Shown in pieces: positions 9,625 through 21,771 of a stretch of DNA of 64,000 bases. Both the position numbers and the translations under genes were made by a program. Within the stretch, counting starts at the first letter, position 1, and the number at the start of each line of letters is the position of its first letter. The DNA is from an uncultured SAR86 cluster bacterium (lineage in GTDB: Bacteria; Pseudomonadota; Gammaproteobacteria; Magnimaribacterales; D2472): positions 40,225-104,224 of the forward strand of contig CACEAR010000002.1 of NCBI GenBank assembly GCA_902557575.1, written 5' to 3'. Below the pieces are notes generated by a model, which had not been told where the DNA came from, did not search any database, and saw only the letters and a program-made list of their open reading frames with translations.

Positions 9625-10880
9625 GTATAGCCCTAGTAGATTGTGATAGCTTTTATGCTTCATGTGAAAGAGTGTTTCGTCCTGATCTTAAGGGTAGACC
9701 TATCGTTGTCCTCTCTAATAATGATGGCTGCGTAATTGCAAGGAGCTCAGAGGCAAAAGCGATGGGTGTAAAGATGGGAGTTCCTTGGTTTAAGATCAAA
9801 GATAGATATATTAGAAAAGGCGGTATTGTTTTCTCATCTAATTTTGCTTTCTATGGAGATATGTCCAGGAGAGTTATGAATATTCTAAATTCTATTTCTC
9901 CAAAAACAGAGGTCTATAGCATTGATGAAGCATTCTTAGATTTCTCAGGTACCGAAAAAAATATAGGCTGTTTCGACTTTGGCTTACATCTAAAAAATAC
10001 TGTAGGAAGATGGACAGGAATACCTGTACGAATAGGTATAGGGCCTACTAAGACACTAGCTAAGATTGCTAGCTACCAAATAAAGAAAAGAGATATTCAA
10101 TCAAGAGTTTTAGTACTGGATAGCCAGAGAGATATAAGTGAAGCTCTTAAAAGTACCCCAGTTGGTGAGATATGGGGAGTTGGCAGAAGATTAAATAGAA
10201 AGCTATCAATGGCAGGTATTAGAAATGCTCTGCAACTATCATATGCCCCACCTCAGGATATAAGAAAAAGATTTAGTATTGTTTTAGAACGCACAGTTAG
10301 AGAGCTTAATGGTGAGAAATGTTTAGATATTGAAGATGTTTCTCCGACTAAAAAACAAATTGTAGTCAGCAGAAGTTTTGCAAAAAAAATTACTAATTTA
10401 GAAGTCCTAAATACTGTTGTTAATGATTATGTTGTTAGAGCAGCAGAAAAATTAAGATCTGAAAAACAAAAAAGTTCAAGAATATCAGTATTTATTCGAA
10501 CTAATCCTTTTGATACTAACGAAAGTTACAGGGCTATAAAGAGCTATTCATTTACTTATCCAACAGATGATTCAAGAGACTTTTTGTATGCCGTAAGAAA
10601 GATTCTGCCCAAAATCTATAGACCTAATTATAGATATTCAAAAGCTGGGATTATGCTAAGTTCATTTTCAGATATTGGATATGTGCAGAACTCTTTATTT
10701 AATGAAAATCATACTTACAAGATGGATTCAAGGTTGATGCAAGTGATTGATGAATTAAATCTAAATCAAAAGCAGATCTATATTGCTTCACAAAACATAG
10801 GAAGATTTAAGCCCATACAGAGGAATATGATATCTCCAAGATACACTACTAGATGGGGTGACCTACCTACGGTTAAGTAG
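9621..10880 (+). CDS. umuC: Y-family DNA polymerase V catalytic subunit UmuC
   Basis: [28 protein letters not shown]-terminal SPRYTTRW. Confidence 0.95.
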   Translation: MSIALVDCDSFYASCERVFRPDLKGRPIVVLSNNDGCVIARSSEAKAMGVKMGVPWFKIKDRYIRKGGIVFSSNFAFYGDMSRRVMNILNSISPKTEVYSIDEAFLDFSGTEKNIGCFDFGLHLKNTVGRWTGIPVRIGIGPTKTLAKIASYQIKKRDIQSRVLVLDSQRDISEALKSTPVGEIWGVGRRLNRKLSMAGIRNALQLSYAPPQDIRKRFSIVLERTVRELNGEKCLDIEDVSPTKKQIVVSRSFAKKITNLEVLNTVVNDYVVRAAEKLRSEKQKSSRISVFIRTNPFDTNESYRAIKSYSFTYPTDDSRDFLYAVRKILPKIYRPNYRYSKAGIMLSSFSDIGYVQNSLFNENHTYKMDSRLMQVIDELNLNQKQIYIASQNIGRFKPIQRNMISPRYTTRWGDLPTVK

Positions 10881-11322
10881 CCCGTTTAAAGAATTTATAA
10901 TAATGAGCTTCTGATAGTTGAAGCATTTCTTGATTAATTAAATCCCGAAGCTCTACAAGTGAAAGATTAGAAAATGCTGGTAATATTTCAACCCCAAAAT
11001 CATTTACATTTAAGTCTTTATTGCTTGAAGCTCGAAGTAAGTCAAAAATCCAGGTAATAGGCTCAAGAGAGCTATTGAAGTTAATAGAAAATTCATTCAT
11101 CTTGCTTTCGAAGAGGTTGCTATCAGAAATAGTAAATTTCTCTTCAAGAATAGTTCTCTTAAATTGCTCGAGCCTAGAATTAACAACCGCCCTCTCGTCA
11201 GTCGAAAACTTGCCCCAATTAGTAATTTCATGTGAAAACCTTTTACATCCCTTACAAACATCGTCTCCAAAGGTTGTAGAGCAGATACCGATACAGGGTG
11301 TTGATGAACGATCTTTTCGCAT
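10873..11322 (-). CDS. DUF1289 domain protein (predicted Fe-S/metal-binding)
   Basis: [24 protein letters not shown] cysteine pattern; divergent from acnB. Confidence 0.85.
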   Translation of the reverse strand: MRKDRSSTPCIGICSTTFGDDVCKGCKRFSHEITNWGKFSTDERAVVNSRLEQFKRTILEEKFTISDSNLFESKMNEFSINFNSSLEPITWIFDLLRASSNKDLNVNDFGVEILPAFSNLSLVELRDLINQEMLQLSEAHYYKFFKRAT

Positions 11323-11398
11323 GGATCAAATAATACAATATTATTTAATTTTTGTAATTTGGTTGGAAAGTTTATCTTAAGAGAAGTAAAATAGGCGC

Positions 11399-13975
11399 GT
11401 GTTAGAGGACTATAAGAAGCATTGTAAAGAAAGAGAGGAGATCGGCATACCTCCTCTTCCGCTAAGTGCTGAACAAACAGCAGATGTTATAAATCTTCTT
11501 AAAAAAGAGCATCAAGATAACGAACTTTTATTACATTTATTAAAAGAAAGAGTACCTGCAGGAGTAGATGATGCAGCATATGTTAAGGCAGGATTCTTAT
11601 CTGATTTAACAAAAGGAGAAACTGAAAGTCCATATATTTCTAAAGAGGATGCTGTTGCAATCTTAGGAACAATGCTTGGTGGCTACAATATTCAACCTCT
11701 AATTGACTGCCTTGGAATAGAAGGATTGGCAGATGATGCTGCAACTGCACTAAGTAATACACTACTAATTTTTGATGCCTTTAACGATATCTATGAACTT
11801 TCAAAAACTAATGAACATGCAAGAAAAGTAATTGATTCGTGGGCAAATGCAGAATGGTTCACCGGTAAAGAAGAAATTTCTGAAAGTATAAAGCTAACTG
11901 TTTTTAAAGTGCCAGGTGAAATCAATACTGATGATTTATCTCCTGCTCCTGATGCGTGGTCAAGACCAGATATTCCTCTTCATGCTCTCGCAATGTTAAA
12001 AATGCCAAGAGAGGGAATAGAAAATCCTCTAGAAACCATAGAAGAATTAAAGCAGAAAGGAAATCCTGTTGTCTTTGTGGGAGATGTTGTCGGAACAGGC
12101 TCATCTAGAAAATCTGCTACTAATTCAGTCTTATGGCATATGGGAGATGAGATTCCAGCAATTCCAAATAAAAAAGAAGGTGGCTTTTGTTTTGGAGGAA
12201 AGATTGCGCCTATTTTTTACAATACTCTAGAGGATTCTGGAGCTTTTCCTGTTGAATGTGATGTTTCAAAATTAGAAATGGGTCAAGAGATAATTTTTGA
12301 GCCATTCAAGGGAAGGATTAGCGATGCTAAAACTAATGAGTTACTCAGTGAGTTCAAATTAAAAACGGAGGTATTGCTCGATGAGGTAAGAGCTAATGGC
12401 AGAATCCCTCTTATCATTGGAAGACAGTTAACAGATAAAACGAGAGAAGTTCTAGGATTAGAACCTACTGACGTTTTTAGAAGACCAAATCAAAATGATA
12501 CCTCTAGCAAAGGATATACCCTGGCACAAAAGATGGTTGGAAAAGCATGCGGAGTTGAGGGAGTAAGACCAGGTGACTACTGCGAACCAAGAATGAGTAC
12601 GGTTGGATCTCAAGATACCACAGGACCAATGACCAGGGATGAATTAAAAGAGCTTGCTTGTCTTGGCTTCTCAGCAGATTTAGTAATGCAGTCTTTTTGT
12701 CATACTGCAGCTTATCCAAAACCAGTAGACATTGATACTCAGCATTCTCTTCCAGAATTTATTAAGACAAGGGGTGGAGTATCTCTTAAGCCTGGAGATG
12801 GAATTATCCACTCATGGCTTAACAGAATGCTAATTCCTGATACTGTAGGAACTGGTGGAGATAGTCATACAAGATTCCCAATTGGTATAAGTTTTCCAGC
12901 GGGCTCTGGATTAGTTGCTTTTGCTGCGACCCTTGGTGTTATGCCTCTGGATATGCCTGAATCAGTTCTGGTTAGATTCAAAGGTGATATGCAACCTGGT
13001 ATCACTCTAAGAGACTTAGTTAATGCAATACCATATGCTGCAATCCAGCAAGGCCATCTCACTGTTGCTAAAGAAGGCAAAAAGAATATCTTCTCAGGAA
13101 GATGCCTAGAGGTTGAGGGGCTTCCACATTTAAAAGTGGAACAAGCTTTTGAAATCTCTGATGCTTCAGCAGAGAGGTCTGCATCAGGATGCACAATCAG
13201 ATTGGACAAAGAACCAATTATTGAGTACTTAAACTCAAATATAGTTATGTTGAGATGGATGATTACTAATGGATATGGCGACCCTAAAACATTAGAAAGA
13301 AGAGCAAGTGCTATGGAAGATTGGATTAAGGATCCTAAATTGCTAGAGCCAGATAAGGATGCTGAATATGCAGCAATAATTGAAATTGATTTAAATGAGA
13401 TCAAAGAGCCTCTTCTAGCTTGTCCAAACGACCCAGATGACATTAAACCTCTATCAGAAGTTCAAAATACTAAAATTGATGAGGTTTTTCTTGGATCTTG
13501 TATGACAAATATTGGACACTTTAGAGCTGCAGGACATCTGCTTAAAAAACACAATGGCACTAAAGCAAGATTTTGGGTTGTGCCACCGACAAAAATGGAT
13601 GAACAGCAGTTGATGGAGGAAGGCATCTACAACATATTTGGTGTTTCGGGTGCGAGAACAGAGATGCCTGGTTGCTCCCTGTGTATGGGTAACCAAGCAA
13701 GGGTTTTAGCAAACTCTACTGTAGTATCTACCTCAACAAGGAATTATCCAAACAGACTTGGCGATGGAGCAGATGTTTTTCTTGCCTCTGCTGAACTTTC
13801 ATCTGTTGCAGCAGTTCTTGGAAGATTACCTACTCCTGAAGAGTATCTTGAGTTCATGAATGAGATCAATCCTTTATCGGAAGAAATATATAGATACTTA
13901 AACTTTGATCAGCTGCCTGAATATTTAAGTGATGCTAAAAAAGCTGAAATTTCAGCAGTTAATATTGTTTCCTAG
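11399..13975 (+). CDS. acnB: Aconitate hydratase B / 2-methylisocitrate dehydratase
   Basis: N-terminal HEAT-like domain, [36 protein letters not shown]. Confidence 0.98.
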   Translation: MLEDYKKHCKEREEIGIPPLPLSAEQTADVINLLKKEHQDNELLLHLLKERVPAGVDDAAYVKAGFLSDLTKGETESPYISKEDAVAILGTMLGGYNIQPLIDCLGIEGLADDAATALSNTLLIFDAFNDIYELSKTNEHARKVIDSWANAEWFTGKEEISESIKLTVFKVPGEINTDDLSPAPDAWSRPDIPLHALAMLKMPREGIENPLETIEELKQKGNPVVFVGDVVGTGSSRKSATNSVLWHMGDEIPAIPNKKEGGFCFGGKIAPIFYNTLEDSGAFPVECDVSKLEMGQEIIFEPFKGRISDAKTNELLSEFKLKTEVLLDEVRANGRIPLIIGRQLTDKTREVLGLEPTDVFRRPNQNDTSSKGYTLAQKMVGKACGVEGVRPGDYCEPRMSTVGSQDTTGPMTRDELKELACLGFSADLVMQSFCHTAAYPKPVDIDTQHSLPEFIKTRGGVSLKPGDGIIHSWLNRMLIPDTVGTGGDSHTRFPIGISFPAGSGLVAFAATLGVMPLDMPESVLVRFKGDMQPGITLRDLVNAIPYAAIQQGHLTVAKEGKKNIFSGRCLEVEGLPHLKVEQAFEISDASAERSASGCTIRLDKEPIIEYLNSNIVMLRWMITNGYGDPKTLERRASAMEDWIKDPKLLEPDKDAEYAAIIEIDLNEIKEPLLACPNDPDDIKPLSEVQNTKIDEVFLGSCMTNIGHFRAAGHLLKKHNGTKARFWVVPPTKMDEQQLMEEGIYNIFGVSGARTEMPGCSLCMGNQARVLANSTVVSTSTRNYPNRLGDGADVFLASAELSSVAAVLGRLPTPEEYLEFMNEINPLSEEIYRYLNFDQLPEYLSDAKKAEISAVNIVS

Positions 13976-13978
13976 GGC

Positions 13979-15457
13979 TTAGCTTTCTTTTTTTGACATT
14001 TTAATGATGTCACTTCTTTCCTCTTCGAGATTCTCAAGGTATCCATCATCAATATCTGTTGGGTATTTTCCTGTGAAGATGGATGTTTCAAAGTCTTTTA
14101 TTTCAGGATTTCCTTCTTGAACGGAGCTAATAAGATCTTCAAGAGTTTGATATATCAACTCATCTGCTCCTATTGCATCTGCAATTTCAGTTTCTGTTTT
14201 ATCATGAGCTATTAATTCTTTAGTTGCCGCCATATCTATACCATAAAGGTTTTGATATTTAACTGGAGGAGATGCGGATGCAAATAAAACTTTTTTTGCG
14301 CCAGCCTCTCTTACCATTTCGATTATCTGTCTGCTAGTTGTTCCTCTGACAATTGAGTCATCAACGAGCAACACATTCTTATCCTTAAATTCTAGGTCAA
14401 GAATATTCAGCTTTCTTCTGACAGATTTCTTTCTCTCCTCTTGAAGAGGCATTATGAAGGTTCTCCCAATATATCTATTCTTAACAAAGCCCTGACGGTA
14501 TGGCTTTTTTAAATCTGCTGCAAGTTGCAGAGCAGCTGTTGTCGAACTATCAGGTATCGGAATAACCACATCTATTTCATCTAAGAGATTAAGTTCTCTT
14601 ATTCTGTTAGCTAACTTCAACCCCATTCGCATTCTAGATCTATAAACTGAAATTTCATCAATAGTTGAATCCGGTCGTGCCAAATATACATACTCAAATA
14701 TACAAGGTTTTTTTTCACTACCTTGAAAACATTGTTGAGTAAATATCTTGCCTGAATTATCTATAAAAACAGCCTCGCCTGGCTCAACATCTCTAAGTAC
14801 TTTGAAACCTGCAGCTGAAAATAATGCTGTTTCAGAAGAAACTACATATTCATTTCTATTTTTACCCTTTCTAACTCCAATAGTTAAAGGTCTTATCCCT
14901 AGAGGATCTCTAAAAGCAACGATTCCATATCCAGTTATTAATGCTACGACAGCATATGCACCATTTATTCGTAAATGTGTTTTTTCAACAGCTGCAAAAA
15001 AGTCTTTTGGTTTAGGAAAAACTGCTTCTTGCTTTGAAAGCTCAAGTGCAAAAATATTCAACAACACTTCTGAATCAGAATCTGTATTTATGTGGCGTCT
15101 TTCTGCGTGGAATAGCTCTGCGGCTAGTTTCTTGGAATTTGTTAAGTTTCCGTTATGGGCTAAGCTTATGCCATAGGGAGTATTAACATACATTGGCTGA
15201 GCAAACTCCTTGCCTATACCTCCAGCAGTTGGATATCTTACGTGCCCTATTCCAAAATTTCCTTGAAGATTGCTCATGTGATTCTGCTGAAATACATCTC
15301 TGACATAGCCTTTTGACTTCCGGCTATTGAGTTTACCGCTGGGTTCGCAGACAACCATACCAGCAGCATCTTGTCCTCTGTGTTGCAACATGAGTAGAGA
15401 CTCATAAATCTCCTCAGCTACATTATTTTCTGCAGAAATCCCTATTATTCCGCACAT
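13979..15457 (-). CDS. purF: Amidophosphoribosyltransferase
   Basis: N-terminal MCG nucleophile, QHRGQD, HVRYPT, VDDSIVRGTTS. Confidence 0.98.
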   Translation of the reverse strand: MCGIIGISAENNVAEEIYESLLMLQHRGQDAAGMVVCEPSGKLNSRKSKGYVRDVFQQNHMSNLQGNFGIGHVRYPTAGGIGKEFAQPMYVNTPYGISLAHNGNLTNSKKLAAELFHAERRHINTDSDSEVLLNIFALELSKQEAVFPKPKDFFAAVEKTHLRINGAYAVVALITGYGIVAFRDPLGIRPLTIGVRKGKNRNEYVVSSETALFSAAGFKVLRDVEPGEAVFIDNSGKIFTQQCFQGSEKKPCIFEYVYLARPDSTIDEISVYRSRMRMGLKLANRIRELNLLDEIDVVIPIPDSSTTAALQLAADLKKPYRQGFVKNRYIGRTFIMPLQEERKKSVRRKLNILDLEFKDKNVLLVDDSIVRGTTSRQIIEMVREAGAKKVLFASASPPVKYQNLYGIDMAATKELIAHDKTETEIADAIGADELIYQTLEDLISSVQEGNPEIKDFETSIFTGKYPTDIDDGYLENLEEERSDIIKMSKKES

Positions 15458-15459
15458 TT

Positions 15460-15981
15460 TTATTCCCCGTTTTTAATTAAATCCTCTATGTCTGATTCCT
15501 TTAATAAGTCTTTGATGTAACTTTCCAAAACTGGCAAAAAATCCTCGAAAAATGGTGATATCTTTGATTCAGTAAAGATTTCAGCCTCTTTTAAATTCGA
15601 GGGTAATAGAAAGTAAACAGCCAAAATTACTATTAATCCCCTACTTACTCCAAATAATACACCCATAAATTTATCAAAGCCAGACATTCCAGACCATTTA
15701 ACTATTCTTGAAATTAAATTAATCAAAAAACCACCAATTACAATGGAAACTAAAAAAATAAGGACAGATGCGATGATTTTTGAGGCCTCTGGATTTCCAA
15801 CAATTTCTAAAATTTTTGGTGTTACATATTCCTCAAAGCCAACTGCAGCGAAGAAAGCAAAGATCCATAGTAAAAGTGATAAAAATTCTTTAGTAAAGCC
15901 CCTAAAAAGCGAAATGATTCCGGAGGAACCTATAACAAATAATATAACTAGATCCGTAACATTAAGACCTAGGGTTTCCAT
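15460..15981 (-). CDS. cvpA: CvpA family membrane protein
   Basis: RGFTKE and DKFMGVLFG motifs, about 4 TM segments, upstream of purF. Confidence 0.9.
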   Translation of the reverse strand: METLGLNVTDLVILFVIGSSGIISLFRGFTKEFLSLLLWIFAFFAAVGFEEYVTPKILEIVGNPEASKIIASVLIFLVSIVIGGFLINLISRIVKWSGMSGFDKFMGVLFGVSRGLIVILAVYFLLPSNLKEAEIFTESKISPFFEDFLPVLESYIKDLLKESDIEDLIKNGE

Positions 15982-16352
15982 AAAACAACCTCACCAGAAT
16001 CTGTTTCTGAAATCTCATAAATAAATGCAATATTTTTTTCTATATCTGCTTTCGTTCTAAAAGGGCCAACATAAACTGCAGTTAAAGCATCATTGTTTGG
16101 TAAGGCTTCAGTATAAGCTGGAAAATAATTGTTGATATTTTTTTTGAGAGCTTTTGCATTTTCTTCATTTTCAAAAACATTAACCCTAACCACATACATT
16201 TCAAAATCGTCTTTGCTCAAGCCTCTAGCATTTGGTGCCAATTGGTAACTAATTGAATCCTGATATTTTGGTTGAGGAGACAGCACAAAGATAAAGATTA
16301 TTAATCCCATAAGGATTATAAAGATTAAGCCAACGAGTTTTTCTAAATTCAT
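15969..16352 (-). CDS. SPOR domain cell-division protein (DedD-like, shortened)
   Basis: N-terminal TM; VRVNVF..EENA and VYVGPF SPOR motifs; dedD position before cvpA. Confidence 0.75.
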   Translation of the reverse strand: MNLEKLVGLIFIILMGLIIFIFVLSPQPKYQDSISYQLAPNARGLSKDDFEMYVVRVNVFENEENAKALKKNINNYFPAYTEALPNNDALTAVYVGPFRTKADIEKNIAFIYEISETDSGEVVLWKP

Positions 16353-17197
16353 TTTGATATTTTATCTAAAATGCCGATTATTTTGCTTCTTATTTCTGAT
16401 CTATGAACAATCATATCTATGGCTCCGTGCTCTAGAAGAAATTCAGACTTTTGAAAGTCTTCGGGTAGCTCAACTCTTACAGTTTGTTCAATAACCCTTC
16501 GGCCTGCAAAACCAACAAAAGCCTTTGGCTCTGCTATGTTTATATCGCCTAACATTGCTAAGCTTGCTGATACTCCTCCAAATATTGGATCAACCATTAC
16601 AGATATATAAGGCAGTTTATTTGATTTTAATTTCTGAATTGCAGCAGAAGTTTTTGCCATTTGCATCAGAGAAACCATTGATTCCTGCATTCTTGCACCG
16701 CCGCTTGTTGAAAAACAAATAAAGGGTGTCTTACTTTCAATTGCTTGCTCAATACCTTGAACAAATTTCTCGCCAACTACACTTCCCATTGAGCCACCCA
16801 TAAACTTGAATTCAAATGCTGCAGCAGTAACTAGTCTTCCATCAAGCTTACCAAATCCAACCAATAGAGCCTCACTCTCTCCTGTATTTTTCTTAGCTTC
16901 TTTAATTCTTACAGGATATGCTTTGACGTCTTTAAAGCCAAGAGGATCTCCTGTTTCGACATTTGATGCGATTTCAGTGAAATTTCCATTATCAAAGAAA
17001 ATATTGAATCTAGTTCTAGCGCCAATCCTTAAGTGATGATCACATTTTGGACATACGTATAAGGTTTTTTGCAACTCTGGCTGGTAAAGTGCTGATTCAC
17101 ATGAAGGACAGGACGTCCAAACACCATCAGGAATCTTACTTTTTGATTTTGAAGAGCTTTTTCCTATTGAAGGAATTAATCTTGTAAGCCAATTCAT
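16349..17197 (-). CDS. accD: Acetyl-CoA carboxylase carboxyltransferase beta subunit
   Basis: CPSC..CPKC zinc finger, FMGGSMG, SGGARMQE, GFAGRRVIEQT. Confidence 0.97.
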   Translation of the reverse strand: MNWLTRLIPSIGKSSSKSKSKIPDGVWTSCPSCESALYQPELQKTLYVCPKCDHHLRIGARTRFNIFFDNGNFTEIASNVETGDPLGFKDVKAYPVRIKEAKKNTGESEALLVGFGKLDGRLVTAAAFEFKFMGGSMGSVVGEKFVQGIEQAIESKTPFICFSTSGGARMQESMVSLMQMAKTSAAIQKLKSNKLPYISVMVDPIFGGVSASLAMLGDINIAEPKAFVGFAGRRVIEQTVRVELPEDFQKSEFLLEHGAIDMIVHRSEIRSKIIGILDKISK

Positions 17198-17982
17198 TAT
17201 CTAATTGCATCTTTCATATTACTAATATAATCACTTACTTCATGAAAGTCTTTATTTTCTGAATTTTTATAAATAAGCTCAACTATTGAAGACCCGATCA
17301 CAATCCCATCAGAAAAGGATGAGAGAAGCTTAGCGTCATCGCTGTTCTTGATTCCAAAACCTGCCATCACCGGAATAGAAGAAATAGATTTTATATATTT
17401 AATATTTTGTTCAATTTCATTTCCATCAAGATTGGATGATCCTGTAACTCCTCTTAAAGTTACATAATAAATAAAGCCTGTACTATTTTTTACAATTTCC
17501 TTTACTCTTTCTTTTGAGGTAGTTGGCGATACAAGCGAGATAATATCTAAGTCTTGATTATCTATTCCATAATCTTCAAGAGATAGCTCACCAGGGATAT
17601 CAACCACTAAAACTCCATCAACACCAAGTTCATGAGACCTATTAATCAAATCTTTATACATTAAGAAATTGTTGATATATCCCATTAAAATAATTGGCGT
17701 ATTTGTATCTTTTTCTCTGAATTTGCATATAAGATCAATAATTTTTTGCAGATTAGTTTCATTTTCTAAGCTTCTGTCATGAGCTTGTTGTATTGTTGGA
17801 CCTTCAGCTATTGGATCAGTAAAGGGAACACCAATTTCTAAGATATCTACCCCTGAATCAACGCTTAAATGCATCAATTGAAGAGAAGTTTCTAAATCAG
17901 GGTCTCCTGCGACTATATAGCCAACAAAAGCTTTTTGGTTGTCTTGGGAAAGCTCTTTTAACTTCTTTTCGATTCTTTTCAA
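17197..17982 (-). CDS. trpA: Tryptophan synthase alpha chain
   Basis: [29 protein letters not shown]. Confidence 0.97.
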   Translation of the reverse strand: MKRIEKKLKELSQDNQKAFVGYIVAGDPDLETSLQLMHLSVDSGVDILEIGVPFTDPIAEGPTIQQAHDRSLENETNLQKIIDLICKFREKDTNTPIILMGYINNFLMYKDLINRSHELGVDGVLVVDIPGELSLEDYGIDNQDLDIISLVSPTTSKERVKEIVKNSTGFIYYVTLRGVTGSSNLDGNEIEQNIKYIKSISSIPVMAGFGIKNSDDAKLLSSFSDGIVIGSSIVELIYKNSENKDFHEVSDYISNMKDAIR

Positions 17983-19175
17983 AGCTTGATATCCTCTATT
18001 TCAACCACACTATTTAAATCTTTGTCGCCTCTTCCTGAGACGTTGATAACGATATGTTGATCTTTATTCATATTTGGCATTAACTCATCTAGGTAAGCAA
18101 ATGCATGAGCTGTTTCTAGTGCAGGCAATATTCCTTCCATTTTATTTACCATATGAAAAGCTTTCATAACCTCATCATCTGAAACTGCAACATACTTAGC
18201 TCTTTTAACATCTTTTAGCCATGAATGTTCAGGCCCTACACCTGGATAATCTAAGCCTGCTGAAATAGAAGCCGTTCCTTTTACTTGTCCACTTTTATCT
18301 TGCATCAAATAACTTTTTGCACCATGAAGCACTCCAGGGGTTCCATCATTTAATGGGGCTGCATGTTCACCTGTTTCTATACCTTTACCTGCTGCCTCGA
18401 CACCAATGAGCTCTACATTATCCATTTTAATAAAAGGATAAAAAATACCCATAGCATTTGATCCGCCTCCTACACAGGCAATTATTGAATCTGGCATTCT
18501 TCCAAATGATTCCTGTGATTGGTCAATTAACTCATATCCTACGACTGCATTGAAATCTCTTACAATCATCGGATAAGGATGAGGTCCTGTAACGCTGCCT
18601 ATGATGTAGTATGTATCTTCAATATTAGTAACCCAGTCTCTTAAAGCCTCATTGAGTGCGTCCTTAAGAGTTGCTGAACCAGAATTTACTTCATGGACTT
18701 CAGCTCCTAAAAGCTTCATTCTGTAAACGTTAAGTGATTGTCTCCTTACATCCTCAGATCCCATATATATATGACAATCTAACCCAAGCCTCGCCGCAAC
18801 TGTAGCAGTTGCAACTCCGTGTTGGCCTGCGCCAGTTTCAGCAATTATCCTTTTTTTTCCCATATATTTAGCTAAAAGGATTTGTCCAACTGTATTATTT
18901 ATTTTGTGAGCGCCGGTATGATTTAAATCTTCCCTTTTTAACCAAATTGAAGCAGTGTTGTAATGCTCAGTGAGCCTTTTTGCAAAGTATAAAGGAGATG
19001 GTCTACCGACAAATTCAGCTAGATCTCTGTGAAACTCAGCATTAAAATCATTATTGTCCTTTAGAGTCTTATAAGTCTGTTCTAATTCATTAAGGGCATA
19101 CATGAGAGTTTCTGGAACAAACTTCCCTCCATATTCGCCGAAGAATCCATCTTTATCAGGTAAATTGTCTTTCAT
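17979..19175 (-). CDS. trpB: Tryptophan synthase beta chain
   Basis: [12 protein letters not shown] lysine, [20 protein letters not shown]. Confidence 0.98.
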   Translation of the reverse strand: MKDNLPDKDGFFGEYGGKFVPETLMYALNELEQTYKTLKDNNDFNAEFHRDLAEFVGRPSPLYFAKRLTEHYNTASIWLKREDLNHTGAHKINNTVGQILLAKYMGKKRIIAETGAGQHGVATATVAARLGLDCHIYMGSEDVRRQSLNVYRMKLLGAEVHEVNSGSATLKDALNEALRDWVTNIEDTYYIIGSVTGPHPYPMIVRDFNAVVGYELIDQSQESFGRMPDSIIACVGGGSNAMGIFYPFIKMDNVELIGVEAAGKGIETGEHAAPLNDGTPGVLHGAKSYLMQDKSGQVKGTASISAGLDYPGVGPEHSWLKDVKRAKYVAVSDDEVMKAFHMVNKMEGILPALETAHAFAYLDELMPNMNKDQHIVINVSGRGDKDLNSVVEIEDIKL

Positions 19176-19786
19176 TTTTTTATCAAGCTTAGTATTTCAA
19201 TAATCTTTATGTGGTCTTTTAAGCCCGGAGAAGATTCTACCCCAGAATTAAAATCTAGACACCATGGTTCTATTTTTAAGGCGTTTTCTAGATTTTCAAT
19301 AGACAGTCCTCCTGAAAGAATTATCTTTTTATCAAGAAATAAATCTGAATTAAGCATTTCCCAATCAAAGCTGCTTCCAGTTCCTCCATAAATACCTTCT
19401 TTATAAGTGTCACACAAAATTGCTTCTGCATTTTTGAAGTGTTTCATGTCTTCGAGAGACTTAGAATCTTTTATTCTTAATGCTTTCCAAAATTCGCAAT
19501 CAAATAATTTACAAAAATCTTCTGATTCGTCACCATGAAATTGAATGATTGGATTTTCAAAGTAACTTAATGAAGAGCTAACAAATGATTTTTCAGGATT
19601 AGCAAATACGCAGACAGGCCTAGTTTTTTGGAAATCTATATTTTTTATCTCATTTATAAATGCATGAGTAACATTTCTAGGACTATTTTCATGAAAGATA
19701 AAACCAACATAATCAACTCCATTTTCAATAAGAAAATTTAATGTTTCTATTTCTGTTATTCCACAAATTTTTATTTTCATATTCAA
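19172..19786 (-). CDS. trpF: Phosphoribosylanthranilate isomerase
   Basis: KICGIT, SPRNV, QFHGDE, GGTG, SGVE. Confidence 0.96.
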   Translation of the reverse strand: MNMKIKICGITEIETLNFLIENGVDYVGFIFHENSPRNVTHAFINEIKNIDFQKTRPVCVFANPEKSFVSSSLSYFENPIIQFHGDESEDFCKLFDCEFWKALRIKDSKSLEDMKHFKNAEAILCDTYKEGIYGGTGSSFDWEMLNSDLFLDKKIILSGGLSIENLENALKIEPWCLDFNSGVESSPGLKDHIKIIEILSLIKK

Positions 19787-20553
19787 ATTAAAGGGCTCTT
19801 TTCTGGTTTAAACTTTGTAATATTTTCATAATTAGGGCCAAGAAAAATTAATCCTCTTGGATTTACAGTTGTTCCAGCATTATTCCTATCTTTGCTTTCA
19901 AGTATTTCTTTTAATGGGATTTTAATTTGATATTTACCAATTTCTAATAAAGTCCCGACAATTATTCTAACCATATTTTGCAAAAATGCATTTGCGATTA
20001 TTTTTATTTCGATGATATTTCCTAATTTATTAATTTCTATTTTTTTTACATTCCTTTCAGGATTGTTAGAACCGCAACTTAGACTCCTAAATGATGTGAA
20101 ATCATGTTTTCCAATTAGGCACTTGGACTCCTCATCCATTTTCTTAATGTCTAGCTCTGTCTGCTCCCAATAATAAAAATCATCAAGCAAAACATTCCTT
20201 GATGGGCTATTAAAAACTAGATAAGAGTATGTTCTATCAATTGCATCAAATCTTGAATGAAATGAGTCTTCTACTCTTTCTAAATCAACTACAGATATGT
20301 CAGTAGGAAGATTTGAATTTAGGCCATTGATCCATTGCATATCTGATCTATCCTGACTTACAACTACATCAAAAACCTGACCAAGCGCATGAACGCCTTT
20401 ATCAGTTCTTCCAGAGTAATTCATCTGCAAATTATCAACAGAAATTCTTTTGAAAGCTTTTATAAGCTCATCTTGAATAGAGTTAGCATTTTTTTGAGAT
20501 TGGAAACCGGAATAATTAGTCCCTTTATATTGAATCTTGAAGGCTAGTTTCAA
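19783..20553 (-). CDS. truA: tRNA pseudouridine(38-40) synthase
   Basis: SGRTDKGVHA, FHSRF, FLQNMVR. Confidence 0.96.
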   Translation of the reverse strand: MKLAFKIQYKGTNYSGFQSQKNANSIQDELIKAFKRISVDNLQMNYSGRTDKGVHALGQVFDVVVSQDRSDMQWINGLNSNLPTDISVVDLERVEDSFHSRFDAIDRTYSYLVFNSPSRNVLLDDFYYWEQTELDIKKMDEESKCLIGKHDFTSFRSLSCGSNNPERNVKKIEINKLGNIIEIKIIANAFLQNMVRIIVGTLLEIGKYQIKIPLKEILESKDRNNAGTTVNPRGLIFLGPNYENITKFKPEKSPLI

Positions 20554-20562
20554 CTTTAACCC

Positions 20563-21771
20563 CTATATTTTTGATCTCAGATCAACCGCCTGCTGAATAA
20601 GTTTTTGATTTTTTGCTTTATCGATAATTTCATCTAATAAAGTTTTGGCTTTTTCATAATCCTTCATTTCATAAAGGGTTATAGCTAAATCAAACTGCTG
20701 AATGAAAGGATCATTTTTGATGCTAAGCCCCTTAGGCATTGATAATAAAGCATCTTCTGTTTGGAACTCACTTTTAGCAATAACTGAATTCTTTCTTATT
20801 AAGAAAATTGCTATTAGAAACCCTACAGCTAGGCTCACTAAACTAACTATAACCAGCTGCAAAATATTTACTCCAGAATTAATTTCTTCATTTAAAATTT
20901 CTGTTTCCTCATTTCTTTCAATTTCAATTATTCTTGTTTGAGATTCAATTATAGCTTGAGGATCTAAAGTAGTTTGTTCTTGATTTTGGATATCAAAATT
21001 TTGTATTTTCTCCTCCTCAATTACTTCAATTTCCTCTTCAACAATTGCTTCTGATTCTGGAGCTACCAGTGTGAGCATTTGCTGTGTCTCAAAAGTATTA
21101 GTATCTATCATCTCCCTGATACTAAACTTTGCAAAAGACTTATCAATTTCTCTAATTGACTGTAATTCAGGAACAAGAATATCCATATCATTTCTAATTA
21201 AATTAATATTATCGTCAATGAAGGCATTCCTATTATTTTCAAAAATACTCCACATTACTTGATAAATACTTAGATCATCGTAATTAAGCGATTCAGCCAT
21301 AGACCAGACGGTGGTAATTTCATCAGCTAATATGACTAGCTCACTATAAGTTTCTTCTTCCTCAATAATTTGAGGACTAAGCACCTCCGTGGTTTCGTTT
21401 TGAAGAATGGAGGTATATGAATCGTCTGAAAGAAAAATAAAAAAGTCTTTTCTGTTATCTTTTATCTCAATTGTGAATAGTGCATAAGGACTATCAGTAT
21501 CTTTTATTTTCTCAAAACTTAAATTGTATTCGCTAATATTTTCTCTACTTAGACTCAAATTAAAAAGTGAATCTTTTATCGAAGATGATGTTTGATACTC
21601 AAAAATACTGATATTGCTTTTATCAAGCTCCTCTGTGGAATTAATTGATATTACTATCTGTATTGCATTTTCATCTTGAAATGTTTTTGAAGATAAGTAG
21701 GTAATTTCTGATGATAAAAGTGATGAAAAAATTATAAAAAAAAGAAAAGTGCTTATCTTTTTAATTTTCAT
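20563..21771 (-). CDS. FimV/HubP-like polar landmark protein, reduced
   Basis: Signal peptide, LysM-like TVWSMA...IFENNRNAFIDDNINLI, one TM, C-terminal FDLAITLYEMKDYEKAKTLLDEII; located between asd and truA. Confidence 0.78.
   Translation of the reverse strand: MKIKKISTFLFFIIFSSLLSSEITYLSSKTFQDENAIQIVISINSTEELDKSNISIFEYQTSSSIKDSLFNLSLSRENISEYNLSFEKIKDTDSPYALFTIEIKDNRKDFFIFLSDDSYTSILQNETTEVLSPQIIEEEETYSELVILADEITTVWSMAESLNYDDLSIYQVMWSIFENNRNAFIDDNINLIRNDMDILVPELQSIREIDKSFAKFSIREMIDTNTFETQQMLTLVAPESEAIVEEEIEVIEEEKIQNFDIQNQEQTTLDPQAIIESQTRIIEIERNEETEILNEEINSGVNILQLVIVSLVSLAVGFLIAIFLIRKNSVIAKSEFQTEDALLSMPKGLSIKNDPFIQQFDLAITLYEMKDYEKAKTLLDEIIDKAKNQKLIQQAVDLRSKI

Noticed and set aside
5173..11000. 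Possible prophage or ICE at tRNA-Asn carrying umuDC
   Set aside because: No integrase, phage or conjugation genes and no att repeat seen; core ppiB-lpxH lie between the tRNA and umuDC.
12865..13443. 192-aa minus-strand ORF inside acnB, and similar antisense ORFs in purF, aroC, prpD, the ACADs and the carboxylase
   Set aside because: Ser/Ile/Pro-rich translations without motifs, as expected from the reverse complement of a coding frame.
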